Assembly: GCA_951406725.2 (NCBI GenBank)
Contig: OX597830.1
Span: forward strand, 45,694,001 to 45,758,000
DNA length: 64,000 nucleotides
Direction: 5' to 3'
Origin: Octopus vulgaris
Taxonomy: Eukaryota
The notes beneath the pieces are model-generated. The model did not search any database. It had not been told where the DNA came from and worked only from the letters and a program-made list of their open reading frames with translations. Of this stretch, positions 1-12,762 are shown in pieces (position 1 is the stretch's first letter; every line of letters starts with the position of its first letter). The position numbers and the translations under genes are program-made.

Positions 1-29
1 CTATTCATTGTTTCTGGGAATAGTTTTGC

Positions 30-400
30 AATAATAAAATGGCCAATATGAATCCTGTTTTCTTCCTCTTTTGTCAGAGTAACCTTTAAGATTAGGAGGA
101 AATTATCAGTTCCAGCAAAGTATCAGAGATGATGATGGTGGAATGTGAAAGGGTTGTCCTTGCCGATGGTTGTGCAATCACTTTGCTGAAAGTCAGCTTA
201 AAGTTAGGGTTATGTGTTCTTAAAGTTAGCAACCGATTTGCATCTCTTGACAAAATAGGAGTTGGTAAGGCATTTCATGTCTCCAAACTGCAGTTCATCG
301 ATCAAGGTGACATTAGTCAGTTTTTATGGAGTTTGGAGAGGCTGCAAAATCTGGTATTCAAGTACTCTTCAAAAAAAGTTTTAATATTAATGTTGATTAG
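30..400 (-). mobile_element. Highly decayed RTE (BovB-like) LINE reverse-transcriptase fragment
   Basis: Minus-strand translation across frameshifts gives ..TNVTLIDELQFGD.. (cf. ELQ[YF]ADD), ..KVIAQPSARTTLSHSTIII.. and ..EEENRI.., in the order expected for the RTE RT C-terminal half. Confidence 0.5.
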
Positions 401-770
401 AATTTGTGACTAATATCAACCTCAAGACTCAAAATCTAATCTTTCAAATGATGGCAAAGCAAAGACATTATGAAATGTGGACCAACTGAAGAACAGTTCT
501 GATGTCCATGTTTTGGAACCTATTGAGTTATTCCTTACTAGATGTAACTTACACAAGCTTTCTGTGCAGACAAGATTACAGGTGTAAAGTTGATTGGTAA
601 ACTAGATCAGTGGGAAGAACTTCATAACAAAAATGGGACAAAAAAAAAAAAAAAAAAAAAAAACCCAACCAAAAAGAACCCCATTTTATGATACAAACTA
701 AGACAAAACTGCTATAATCTTTCAATTAGAAAAAAATATAAAAAAACGTAATAACCATTATTTCCATTAC

Positions 771-839
771 CTGTTTTATAGGTATAACTCGACCACTTCC
801 TAGTTTTTCTGTTTCTAATTTTTTCTCATCATCCTTTTT
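771..839 (-). CDS. AGAP1: AGAP/Centaurin-gamma coding exon (69 nt, phase 0/0), start of PH domain: KKDDEKKLETEKLGSGRVIPIKQ
   Basis: Acceptor ctttcttactacag and donor CAG|gtaatg; peptide matches the AGAP-family motif GSGRAIPIKQ that opens the split PH domain. Confidence 0.95.
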
Positions 840-1759
840 CTGTAGTAAGAAAGAGTGTTATGAACATTAGTGGACGAAAACATGAACAAAAAGGAAATTT
901 GTAACCAATGTTGACTGAAAATATTTTTTTGATTGTAGTCATGGATACATATTCTTCCCTTTTTGTTAAGAATAGAATTTCTTTGATTTTATTTTATTTT
1001 TAGAAATTTACGTTTGATTATTGTCATTTATAGCCTCCTGTTTACACCAACGTTGAACATACGTACGAACAAATAATACGCAAATAACAAAATATAAACA
1101 GTAAGAAAAATATGATGAATAGAGAAAGAAGCCATAATGGTGTGTATGATTAATTATTATGTAATCAAATTTCATTTAATTAGTGCAATACCAATAATTT
1201 CCATAGCATCTTACAGTAGTAACATTTAGTATCTCTTAATGACTCTGAGAGAAATGTTACTACTTCTGTGGTAGAAGAATTAATGTAGGAGAGTTAGGTT
1301 GTAGGCTTAAAATTCTATTTTCTTTACGCATTTCTAAGATAAAGGATTACTACGGGAATCTCAAAGTGTTTTGTACTTACATAAAATTGGCCATTAAATC
1401 TGACACAAAACATTCCTATTCTAAAGAACAGTGACCTCATGGTTAACAATAATGAAATTTTGTGAGTTGCATTAAAAAGCCAAGGAAAATTATTTTTGTG
1501 ATAAAAAGGTATCTTTATAAAACAAAAAAACAAGATGTCAAGCTGGCAAGAAAGCTTCTATGTGGTTGCACATTATATGAGTAATAGCAGCATATCTCCT
1601 TGAAATCCAATTCTATTGTCTTAAAAAAAGGACACAGTGGACATGTCCTAAATAGACAAACAGATGAAATGGTCACAACTAGAATACCTTTGACCATAGC
1701 TCAAAAAGGGGTGAGCTACGGGGCTAAACAACAACAACAACAACAATAGCAATCATTAT

Positions 1760-1900
1760 AAGATCACCAGAAGAGATTCTAGAATCACAGATTAAAACCC
1801 AGACCAAAAAAGGATTACTTAATGATTATTCATGACAACGATCGAATTGTTTCTGATGATATAAAATGAAGAAACCGGTTGGGATAGAAACAGTTCCCAT
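1760..1900 (+). mobile_element. Possible Penelope-like element remnant (GIY-YIG C-terminus plus hammerhead-like motif)
   Basis: Short frame EEILESQIKTQTKKGLLNDYS* resembles the E..I....LN end of PLE endonucleases; followed by CTGATGA-N11-GAAACCGGTT. Confidence 0.45.
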
Positions 1901-4900
1901 TTACTTCCCCGTGCATTGGGAATGACTGATAGTCGGATCTCTTATAGTATTAATGTCAGTGTCTGACTTTTCTGATTTCATATTCTTCTGAAGACAACTT
2001 TCACCATTAATGCACTGGGGGAGTCAATAAAAGGGAGCAGTAGTTGATTTATTTAATTCGTTTTCATTTATAAAGAGTTTTACATGTTCCTGTGTTTATT
2101 AAGTCAAGTGTGAGGTTCGTTTTCAGCTTCCATTTCAAACTACTGATGGAAAAAAAGGCATCAAGTATTGCAAAAACCTATTTGATTTCTCCCAAAGATT
2201 TCCAATTTAGCCATTTAAAAGAAACAGTTATTTCTAATTTTTATTTATTAAACCAATCAAATACCATAAACACCGATTTAAAGAGACGGACTCACTGAGC
2301 TTAAAGAAAATGATTTGAAAGCAGGATTTATCTGTGAATTTTGTAGCAGAAATTACAAGCAAAACAAGAACCAGTTAAGAAAAGTAGCAGAGAAAACAGG
2401 TATCGTAAAAGAGACATGAGTGGGTAGGAAGTCAAGGGGAAAAGATCAGTGCAAACTAACAGAAAGACAATCAACAGTATTTTGCAAACCTAGTCGACTG
2501 TAAAAGTATAGATAGCAGCAATGTTGTAATAAAATCTCTGAGTTCACAAAACTGATCTTTCGATAAAACTGGAGAGAGTTTAGAATATTATTGAACAGGA
2601 TTTTATACATTGTCCGCAGATTTCTTTTAATACTGCAAATTGATTAAAAAGGATGAAACTTGATAACAAGCATGGAGAGACATGTATATGTGGTCATAGA
2701 ATTAAGCTAAAGCAAGCAAAGATTGGTAATATACTTCTAACGAAAACACTTAGTTGGTAGTTATATGATAATTAATTAACTAATTTTAGAACATTTCATT
2801 AAATAGTATGTTGTGTATAAAAGCCATTATATGAAAATGGAACCCTTATAAAAGAACTGATAATGAAATAAATGTTACACTGATACAATTATTAATCTTA
2901 TCCACCTTATAAGAGTAAAGCTATCTTTCCAACTGACAAAATAACTCAACTTATTAAATGGTTACTTTGATCTCTGTAAAACAATATTAATAATATTTAG
3001 ATACACATTAAAATAATAATGTTAACTGAAAATGTATTGTCTAGTCACAAATAATTGTTCAGAAGTTAACTGCCATGCATTACTGAAGTTTAACTGATTT
3101 TAGCTTCGTTTACACTTGAAAATATGCTAGTAATATTTCAAAAGAAAAACATTTATATCCACAGGAATAAATCTTATGAAGACTTAGCGAAATTGTTTTG
3201 CTTACATATTAACTAAAGACAAAAAAAAAAAAAGTAAAAAAGAAAGAAAATCTACTGAATCTGTTTCATATAAGAAATGATTTCTTCCTCCTCAGATGTA
3301 GCTATGTAGAAGTAACAGTTGAAGAACAGAATTTGTAAAATGATCATAAACAATTTAATACAAACAGAAGAAAAGGTTTGTCTCTGTGATAAAGCCTTAC
3401 CAATAGGCTTCAAAATCTCTATGTTTAATATTATATATAAGTTTTTCCAAGTAACTCTTTAGATTATGACACATTGTCTTTCTAGTTTGCCAAAAACGTT
3501 ATGAACCCTCCTGCAAAGTAAGAGTCTGGTTATACGATTTGGCAACAACAGAGAAATTGAAGTGATGATTTTAGGGGATCAACAAATAAAAATAAAGGGA
3601 AAAAATAAAAATAAAAAGAATAGTTGAAAAGTCTCAAGAAACAAGCAGGGCAATATAAGGGTAACAAGAAGACAATGAAACAAACGAAAATGTTCCAACA
3701 TTCTGTCCAAGAGAACTGATCAAGGACAATACACTAAAATACAGGCAACAGAAAGCAAATGGAATGAAAGCTGTGAATGGTGTCGTGAGAAAACACCGAT
3801 ATTAAGATGCTGCTAACTGATGTTTGCAAAATACAAAAGCAACAATATCAAATAAAGTATAAAATAAAGAAGTTTTGTGGAGCAAAATAATTATGAAACT
3901 TAGAATCTAATAAGATAAAGAAAAACTTGATTGGAATATAATGACAACATCAAGAACAACAATAATAAACCAAAAGCTCACAACATAACCTTAGACCACA
4001 TATTTTCTAGTTTTAGAATTAATTTCTTTCATTATTTGTTTTAAAAATAAAAAAAATAAAATTTAATCACTGATGTTTTTTTTATATTTAAAATAAATTC
4101 CTGAAACAACAGATATTCTATCCCTTTTTTTTCTTCTTTTTTTTGTTTTTGAGTTGTCTTCTGTTTAAATAGTAAATGTTTATGAATAATACAAACCAAT
4201 GTTTGGTGATTCTAAAAGTAATCATCAAATAACGAAGAAAATTCACTTCAATGGAACAGGAGATACAATTTTTAGCATTTTATCACAATAGAGGATCAGT
4301 TTGATGAAACACATTTGACAAGATGAAAGTCATTTGATTATAATTAAGCAAATTGTTTTGAGGAAAGAAACAGTGAGAAAATAAATTATGAGAGCCATCT
4401 AAAAAAAAAAATGGTAACAAATCTATTTACAACAGGAAAAGAAAAAGAAAACACAGAAAAGAACTGTTGGGAAGAACAAAAGATTTGTAAGAGAGTGAAA
4501 GGTGAAGATTATTTGAAAATGAAGCTGTTAAATAATAATAATAATAATAATATGAAAAATAATAAAAGGATACAATCTTTGTAATATAAATTTACCAAAA
4601 ATTGGATGAACAGAATGTAAAGAGTGTAGTATGAAGCTGTCAGTTATATTGCAATTTAGAATATACATGTAGCATTGTTTGAAATGATTACTGTTAGCAT
4701 GTGACCTAAATATTAATGCAATGGTTGGAATTAATGGGAGGAAGATCTGGTTAAATGGAAGGGATCGTTACAAGCACAAATGTAGCATTATTTTTCTATG
4801 TTGTTATGAAGTTAAAAGAAGATAACTACAAAGGGGTCTTTCAATACATTTTCAGTTTTTAACAACTTAACTGTCATGTGGATCAGTTTATTTAAAAGAT

Positions 4901-7652
4901 AAGTTATGGAAATAAAATTTACTCTATGATGGGAATATAATATAGCTTTATATATTTAAAACTGTATGACCTCATATGATTCTAAACAAATAGTAATCAG
5001 GATTAACATATTAACATTAGTGAGCAAAGAAAATAAGAGCTTAAAGCGTTGTTTGGAACTGAAGTGATTCAAATTAACAAATGCAAGTGAAATGGATATG
5101 AGGACTGATATACTTCTACTAGTTCCAGACTAAGAGGTGTAAACATAAATTTCTAGAAATAAGTGATTTCAATAAATAAACTATAAAAAAAAGTCTAACT
5201 TTCCTCATTTATCAGCTAATAAGAAAAATTTACAATTAAATTAAAGATTCTATTAGCTCCTGTTGGAAAACCAAAATCAGGAATTTAATTTGTTTTTATA
5301 TGAATGATTGACTATCATCATTCTAACATGCTGCTTGCATTGAGTTAACAATAAACAAACCTGCTGCATCTACTCTGAGTTTTAAAAAATCTGAAAAATC
5401 TAGTTTGTATTTAAAGCAAATTTCACCACAACAGGGCTTTCATCATCATCATCTTTATTAGAAGACATTATTATTAGAACTGACTGAGAAAAAAAGAGAA
5501 AAAAAGGTGAAACTGCAAAAAAAAATTCATCTGAAGTAACCTGTATACGTAAATACAAAACAACATTACTCTAATAATATGAGAAGAGATTATGGTGAAG
5601 CTGGGTGGAAATAGTTGGAAAAATTTCAAGTAAAGATTGTATTTTCACAAACTGCTTCAAATGTTAGTCTCACTTTAGAATTTTTGAAATAAGCAGAACA
5701 GCTGGCTTCATATCAGCCCTAATCCAACAAAGATTTGCTTCAATACATTTCTTACTTAAGTGAGGCAAAATAATTTACTGACATTTAGTTGATGTTTTAA
5801 CAGAGTAAAGTAGTTTCAAAAATCATATCTTTAAAATGACAGCATATAACACTAATTGTATGCTATATCTGCAAGATAATTCTTCTTATAGACAAAGGTA
5901 AAAGAAAAAGGAAAGAAGACATTTTTATAAGCATGGAAATTGAATAATTTAAATCTTTTCAAAATCTGGAGTTCAACGGTTAATGCTGTTGATACTTTAT
6001 TATGATTATATTTTAACCTAAGCTCTTTGTTTGTAATGCTTTATTAGAGAAATGTCTTCATAAGAGCAACTTGAAGACATTTATCAGTCATAGTCAAAAT
6101 GTGTAAATGTGTTTAATTCAAAGTTTTAAAAAAAATACAAAAGATAAAAAAAAAAGTGCTTTAGCTTGATTTCACATAATTTGTAAAGCAACAGGGAAAA
6201 AAAAAACAAAATTAACGCACACTTCCATTAATCAGATTATTAAATGGAGACCAGTTTAAATTATAATTTAACAGATCAGAAAAAGTGAATAATATTATTT
6301 AAGGATTGCTTCTAAATATTTATCTTTCAGTTTATTTTATTCATTTTGCATTTTAAGCTATAAAAGGAGAAAATAATATTGAGAGCAAACAACTATGCAA
6401 TTTCGGTTCTACCTTCTGTTTTAATTAGTTAACTAATTAAATTCTTAGTCTTTAGATTTCATGTTAGCAAAATGGACTAAATTCATGAAGCCTTGTTATG
6501 AGTAACTTAGTTAATAGAACTTGGAGCAAGTAAACTATTTCTGGATGCAACCAACGAAAGGTAAACACAGAAGCCCAAAAATTAACCAGTCCCCAAACTC
6601 CTGGGACTCTTTGCTTAGTCAGGTGTCTGCAGCAGAAAATGAATAAGAGATAAGAACAAGAAACCTTAAAATTGGATGCTAGTCCATACAGGTAACTTCT
6701 CCCAGAAGTTCCACTTTTGACACATATATGGAGTGGGAGTTTAAAAAAACCATCCACTTGAACCAGCTAACCTTTCACATATATTAAAAGAGATCTGTAT
6801 AAGGGAAAACTAGTGCCATTGTTGTATGTATGATAAAATAGCTATGACTGCTTTCATACAAGGTACGATAAAAACTAAGTTACAAATATTTGATTGATGA
6901 AAATGTTATCTACTGTCACACATTGCAATTACGATTTTAAGACAAGCCATAGCTTCAATTTGCTGAAGGTTTCATAAAAAAATATCTCTTTAAAGAATAA
7001 TTTTCTTGATAAGATAACCACCAATATAATTTATGTCTGGATGGGTGAAAAAGACTTAACATTAAGACTTGATTATATATCAAACTAATATAACGAATAA
7101 TAATAACAAAATTTGTAGAAGAATTAGCAGAAATATGCAAACATTCACTTAAACTTGGCTAAAATAATTTATGATTATTAATGATGCTTTTAGGTCACAG
7201 TTATTTTAATATCCATACTACAGAATATTCACTTTTAATAATACAATTAGCAAATGTTAGTTTTAATAGTCCAAAATTTTCTTTTTAATATTAAAATAAT
7301 AATGCATGAGAGATAGACTTTCTGATGTATGACAATTATGTCTTCCTAAAATAAAACAAAAATACACAGATTTTGATAATGATTCTATATTTTCACAGTA
7401 TAGAGACTTCATGAATTAAAATGATGAGGAAATATTCAGATGTAAGACAAAAGCAACCTTATTCTCAATTTGTTCTCTCTTAAAGACAATACCATAATAT
7501 AAATATAAAATAATTGTGGCCAAATTTTAACTGATGAGAAAAGAAGTATTAGTGGGAAGGGAAAATGGAGATGGTAGAACTAAAATAAAAAATGTATGAT
7601 CAGGGAAGGGAAACTGATAGATGCAGATTTCATATATGGAATGTCTGCTTAC

Positions 7653-7739
7653 ATTGAAAAGATTTGATCTCCGCCGATTTTTCCTACTCTGTGTAGGCGT
7701 ACTGCTTGGTGTAGGTAAATCTTTTCCCTCCGGTCTGTC
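7653..7739 (-). CDS. AGAP1: AGAP coding exon (87 nt, phase 0/0): DRPEGKDLPTPSSTPTQSRKNRRRSNLFN
   Basis: Acceptor tacgtttccag and donor AAT|gtaagc; contains the conserved AGAP pre-PH motif TP..RK..RRSNLF; in frame with exon 771-839. Confidence 0.95.
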
Positions 7740-10581
7740 CTGGAAACGTAGTATATGTTTTATAGGTTAGTTCAGACAGCAGAGCAATATGGCTGATCCT
7801 TAGCACCTCATATACACTTTACACAGATTTGTGCAGATCACCAAGGTTTAGTAAACATTAGTTATCTCTAGTACCACTGTAGTGACTTCTACTGGGACAG
7901 TGCAACCAGTAGCAGGCATGCATTTCTTGAAAGATTGGAATGAAAACTAGAAAGGCCCAGAATTGAGTATACACAATAGCAAATTTAATAAACAATAAAT
8001 AGATAAATAAATACACAATAATCATAATAGTTGTAAGCCATGCTGTTAGAAGACAGTTTCAAATATTCATGCAGCCATTATATAAATATCAAACACTAAA
8101 CAAACTGGTCAAGCATGCTACTGTATGAATACACATATAGAGATACCAGCTGCCAGCATTTCAGATAATTTATACAGAGTAACAACAACAAAAAATGTAC
8201 CATTAAAAAAATTCACCTGAAAATTTATTCAACAAAATATTAAATATCAAAAGAGCACTTTATCAAAACTTTCAATCAAATTACCATTGAGTCTCTCAAA
8301 TAAAACAGATGCAAATAGATAAGTCAATTTAGTAAATTTTCCATTACATTGATGGTTGTATATGCATAAAATAAGGTATCTTGAATGAAAGATGGACATA
8401 TAAGAAGTGAAAACTTTTTCAGCTTAGTTTTTAATTTGAAGGTTCAAAATAATAGTGGAAAGTAGAAAATGTAATTTAACAGAGAGAAAAGAAAACACCT
8501 GAGTTGTTCATTGTAACTTATGTCTAAAGATAAAATAACACTGACTTTATATTTTGTGTATGAAAGCAGAGAGTAAATTTAACATTAGGCTTATGAAGTA
8601 GAAAACAATGAGGACTATTTGATGAAAATAGCTTTCTCAAGGAGACGCATGAAATGAAATGGCTTCAACTGGTTTTCTCCTCACATACACATGCACACAC
8701 ATACACACACACTCATGCATGCAATAATTCAAAAATGTAAAAAGTAAAACTGAAAATTCATAGACTTCAGTTTAAAATCATTACAAACTATTTTATTCAT
8801 CTCTCAAAAGAATAGAGATGAAAATAAAATGCCCAGTCCATGGTAAGGTGGAAAAATGAAATGTGAAAGATTAAGGTGTACAAAAAAAAAAAGACAAAAT
8901 ATCATATAATAGAACATTTGAAAGACAAGATATGCATCTAATGAGTTACTTGGAAAAGAAATATATATATATATGTATATATACACACACACATACATAC
9001 ATACACACATACACCACATGATTTTTAAACCTCACAACATAGTTGAATGATTTTGGTATGTTAGTTAATATGATGCAGAATTATATTTTAGAAATTCATA
9101 AACTAATTTGCGAGTGAAGTCAATATTTGGTATTTTGAAATATGTTCAAGTTTAATACATGATGAATGAATTGATGGATATAATTCATGAATGGGATTGT
9201 ACTAAGTTGTACAATGCAAGCCAGAAAGACTGAACTGGAAATCTAACACACACAAAAAAAAAAAAAAAAAAAAAAATTGGCATCCCTAAATAAGAGCTAG
9301 TTGGTTGAGATGGAGGAGTGAAAATGGAATAATAATGTGAAGCTGCAAAAGTAGAAGTTCATGATTTGAAAGTTTCAAATATTTCAAAGTTCTCGATAAA
9401 ACTTTTTAAAAAAATAAAAGACAACTGGAAAAATTGAGTTTGTCAACATAATGTTGTTTTGTTTATATGGGTAAACAGCACCCCTATCACTAAATTACTA
9501 AAGAAATTAAAAAGCTTCTCGTTCTCAGAGCCTAAACTTTAGAGCATAATTCATAAATTTTGTAACTGTAACTAGAACTTATAGTTTGTGAACATCAGTT
9601 TCAATTAAAAAAATCAAAATGTTTTCTTTTTCAAAAAATCTTTTTATAGCTTTTATATATTGGTTTTGCGAAAAATATCATAATAAAATAAAAAATTATG
9701 TAGCAAATAACTTATTTTTAAAAATATTATTTTATAACAGAACTTAGAATAAAAGAAGTAATATAGAATAATTATAGTGTTATAGACTAAATCAGGATTA
9801 CAGGTATGAATTGCTAATAACAATTCAATTTTAATTATAAAAAACTGGCTCTGAAAGGGGAAAAAAACTTTTTAATTTTTAATTGAGTGAAGAAAGAACA
9901 ATTAGGTGCATTTTTTTCAATATCTACTACAATGCAGAGTGGCCCCTTGTCAATTAAAATGGTGTTGCAAGTGTATGCATATTCCAGAATGAAATGAAAT
10001 GTTCTAATATAAGGAAATATAATTTTTAACATGAAAATTTTGAATAACAGGTTGAATATAAAATTTAGTTTCTTTATTCTTCCTACAAGTTTTGTTAATC
10101 AACCTCAAACAGTAAAGAAAATTCCTTGAGAGCTGCAAGTATAAATGTGTGAAAGAGAGATGTTACTAATCTATGATGTATTAATGACATAAAGTTTCTC
10201 TATTTTAGAAACAGGACAAAAGCTAAATAAATGTAAATCATACTAGTGTACAGCAAGTCCAAGATTCTCAAACAAAGCAGTATTTGTATATCTCCAAAAA
10301 ATCTTTAAAATACCTATCTAGCCATATCATCTCGATAAAAAATGGAATGATAGTCTAATATTACAGATATAACTGGTTGACTGACTGCTTATTTGATGGA
10401 AAGACAATATCACTTTAGTTCATAACAATTTCCAGCATATGAGGTAAAAATGAGATACTTGCAATGAAAATATAAGATATAGTCGACAAAAGAGCAATGA
10501 AAGAAGGGAAATGAGAGAAAGATAGGTAAGGAAAAGTGATACGATGAATACAAATATGAAGAGCAATCTACTTATTCAGAC

Positions 10582-10627
10582 GAGAGAGAGAGAGAGAGAG
10601 CGGGAGAGAGAGAGAGAGAGAGAGAGA
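10582..10627. repeat. (GA)n microsatellite
   Basis: Directly visible, with one interruption. Confidence 0.95.
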
Positions 10628-11392
10628 AGACTGAGATGAGAATGAAAGCTACAACCAAGAACAACTAACTATACAAAGCAATTAGAATGAAGTAAAGCTT
10701 TTGGTATTCATTTTGAAATGTGATTCTCTTTGAACAATCTATGTACACTAAGGAGGGAAAAAATTACTAATACAGATTTTTCTCTACCCAATCTCTTAAG
10801 AAAAGCCTTAATCTATATAAGAAATAACAGAAAATATCTATTAGAGAGGGTAAAAGAATATGAACATGATAAATTGAAAAGAGGATAAGAATATCAAAGA
10901 CTTAATGAAAATAAAAGTCACTGCTTTTATGATGAAAGACAAATTAGAAACATTCAATGCAAAACATAGATTAAGGAATTGAATTGGTTAGCCATTTTTT
11001 TTTTTTGTTTTCTTTTTTTGAAAATTTTAAGAGCAAAATAGGTTAAATGAGAGAATAAAATCAAATTGCATAATTTCATTTTTCACTTGTGTGTCAGTAA
11101 TGAATGTGTGTTTTGTATTGCATTCCCTAACAAATAATTTACTAATAGCAATTTATATTGATATAATTTGTAATTGGTGCAGGAAGAAAAGTAATTTATC
11201 AATGAAAGATTTAATAAATTTTCATTACTTTTTTTTTCTTTATTTTTCTGAAATGAAATTCTAATAATTTATGAGTAAAATGAGAAAAAGAATTAAGTGA
11301 ATAATAATATAATGATGATGATGATGATGGCAGAGCAATGTTCAGGGTTGAGCTAGCTCATGCAAAGGTTGTTTGAGGCAGCACACACTCAC

Positions 11393-11413
11393 AAGCAGAC
11401 ACTTAGTTGACAT
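11393..11413 (-). CDS. Candidate coding part of an internal alternative first exon (MSTKCLL)
   Basis: gaaccATG TCA ACT AAG TGT CTG CTT|gtgagt: good start context and phase-0 consensus donor compatible with exon 7653-7739; lies in a relatively GC-rich non-repetitive island. Confidence 0.4.
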
Positions 11414-11720
11414 GGTTCACTCCTGATGCAATTTGTTTCAAAGTTGCTCTTCAGAGCCACAATAGTTCGAGCCTCTAATGAGGAGGGATGAAAAGATAGT
11501 TGACAGGGGGCGCTGTTTACTGATCAGCCTACATGCACAATTCTCAACAGCATATTTTATGATATTGATGTTTGGTCTAAGCAAGTCTCTACCAAGGACA
11601 GGGAGGGACAATTACTTGGGTGGCGGCTATTGGTCGAACAAGTGGCAATATCAAGAGGCAAGGTTTTGTGACTGCATTAACAGACATATGATGACCAACA
11701 GATGGAGGAGAGACACTTAC

Positions 11721-11822
11721 TATGACCAGGCTGGATCGGACTTGTGCCATTCTAGTCAGAAGAGGCGTGAATGGACTACTGTTGTGTATACTGAAATCCA
11801 TCATAAACTTATCCATTTTACC
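11721..11822 (-). CDS. Probable AGAP cassette exon (102 nt, phase 0/0): GKMDKFMMDFSIHNSSPFTPLLTRMAQVRSSLVI
   Basis: Branch-like ctgac plus tgctcatcctttgtag acceptor, consensus gtaagt donor, open frame, length divisible by 3; no family motif recognised. Confidence 0.6.
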
Positions 11823-12691
11823 CTACAAAGGATGAGCAGTCAGATTCATGAAACAACATGCTAACAACTAAAATCGAAGTAGAAGGGTATATAAGCATTA
11901 ATTCACTATCAACAGACCACAACAGCATTGGATATCAAATATTAGGTTCTGGTTTTCTTGTTCAACTGAAATGTAGATGGATTAGGATGAAGAAAAAAAA
12001 CAAAACAAAACAAAAAAAAATGTAGCAACTATAAAAATGACAAAATGAATAAAATAGTTTGAGAAATGTAAAAGGAAAATTAGATTGAAACAATAAGAAC
12101 TCTAAGAAGAACAGCTGCTAAGCATACATTTTCTAATATAGGAAAATATGCAAATATATAGTTATTTATTATCAATGATTGTGGTGTTTGATTTGATTAA
12201 ACCATGATTAAAAACAGTCTTGATTATCTCTTTCTTAGGTCTTATCAGCAAGTTTTAAAACCTCAGCTAAATCCTAGTTTCCAGACTGAATTTAATCAGG
12301 CATTTAATTAGTTGTTGTTGTTGTTGTCAGTAGTTTGGATTGAGCTGGCATATACATGGAATAAGTCAGAAGAAATAAATTCCTATGTTTGCCTAATTTG
12401 AACTGCAAATTAGAAGGGACTCCAACCCACAACTAAAACAAAAAAACTATTTTGTTTTCATCATAGAAAATTACTGTTAAGACCCAACATATTATATAAA
12501 ATTCTCTGATATATACCTACCTACGCAATATATATATAAATTGTTATACTTGGAGGTGGTCATATTTTGCCAATTAAAAACACACACACATAGTGCATGT
12601 GTTTAATTAGTAAAATATGACCATCCCCAAGTATAACAATATCTGTTTCAATACACAATTTCACATCAAGAATCTTGCAAAACAAATCCAT

Positions 12692-12693
<2 letters not shown>

Positions 12694-12760
<67 letters not shown>
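12694..12760. repeat. (CA)n microsatellite
   Basis: About 33 perfect units. Confidence 0.97.

Positions 12761-12762
<2 letters not shown>

Noticed and set aside
129-413. 94-aa plus-strand ORF
   Set aside because: Antisense shadow of a decayed RTE RT fragment
2280-3960. Purine-rich stretches resembling ancient LINE ORF debris
   Set aside because: No diagnostic motif could be read with confidence
7545-7740. Possible editing-complementary sequence (gggaagggaaaa vs exon ttttccctcc)
   Set aside because: Only about 10 nt of low-complexity complementarity; not distinguishable from chance
11478-11864. 128-aa plus-strand ORF as an antisense gene
   Set aside because: No recognisable motif; explained by the GC-richer island of the minus-strand exon
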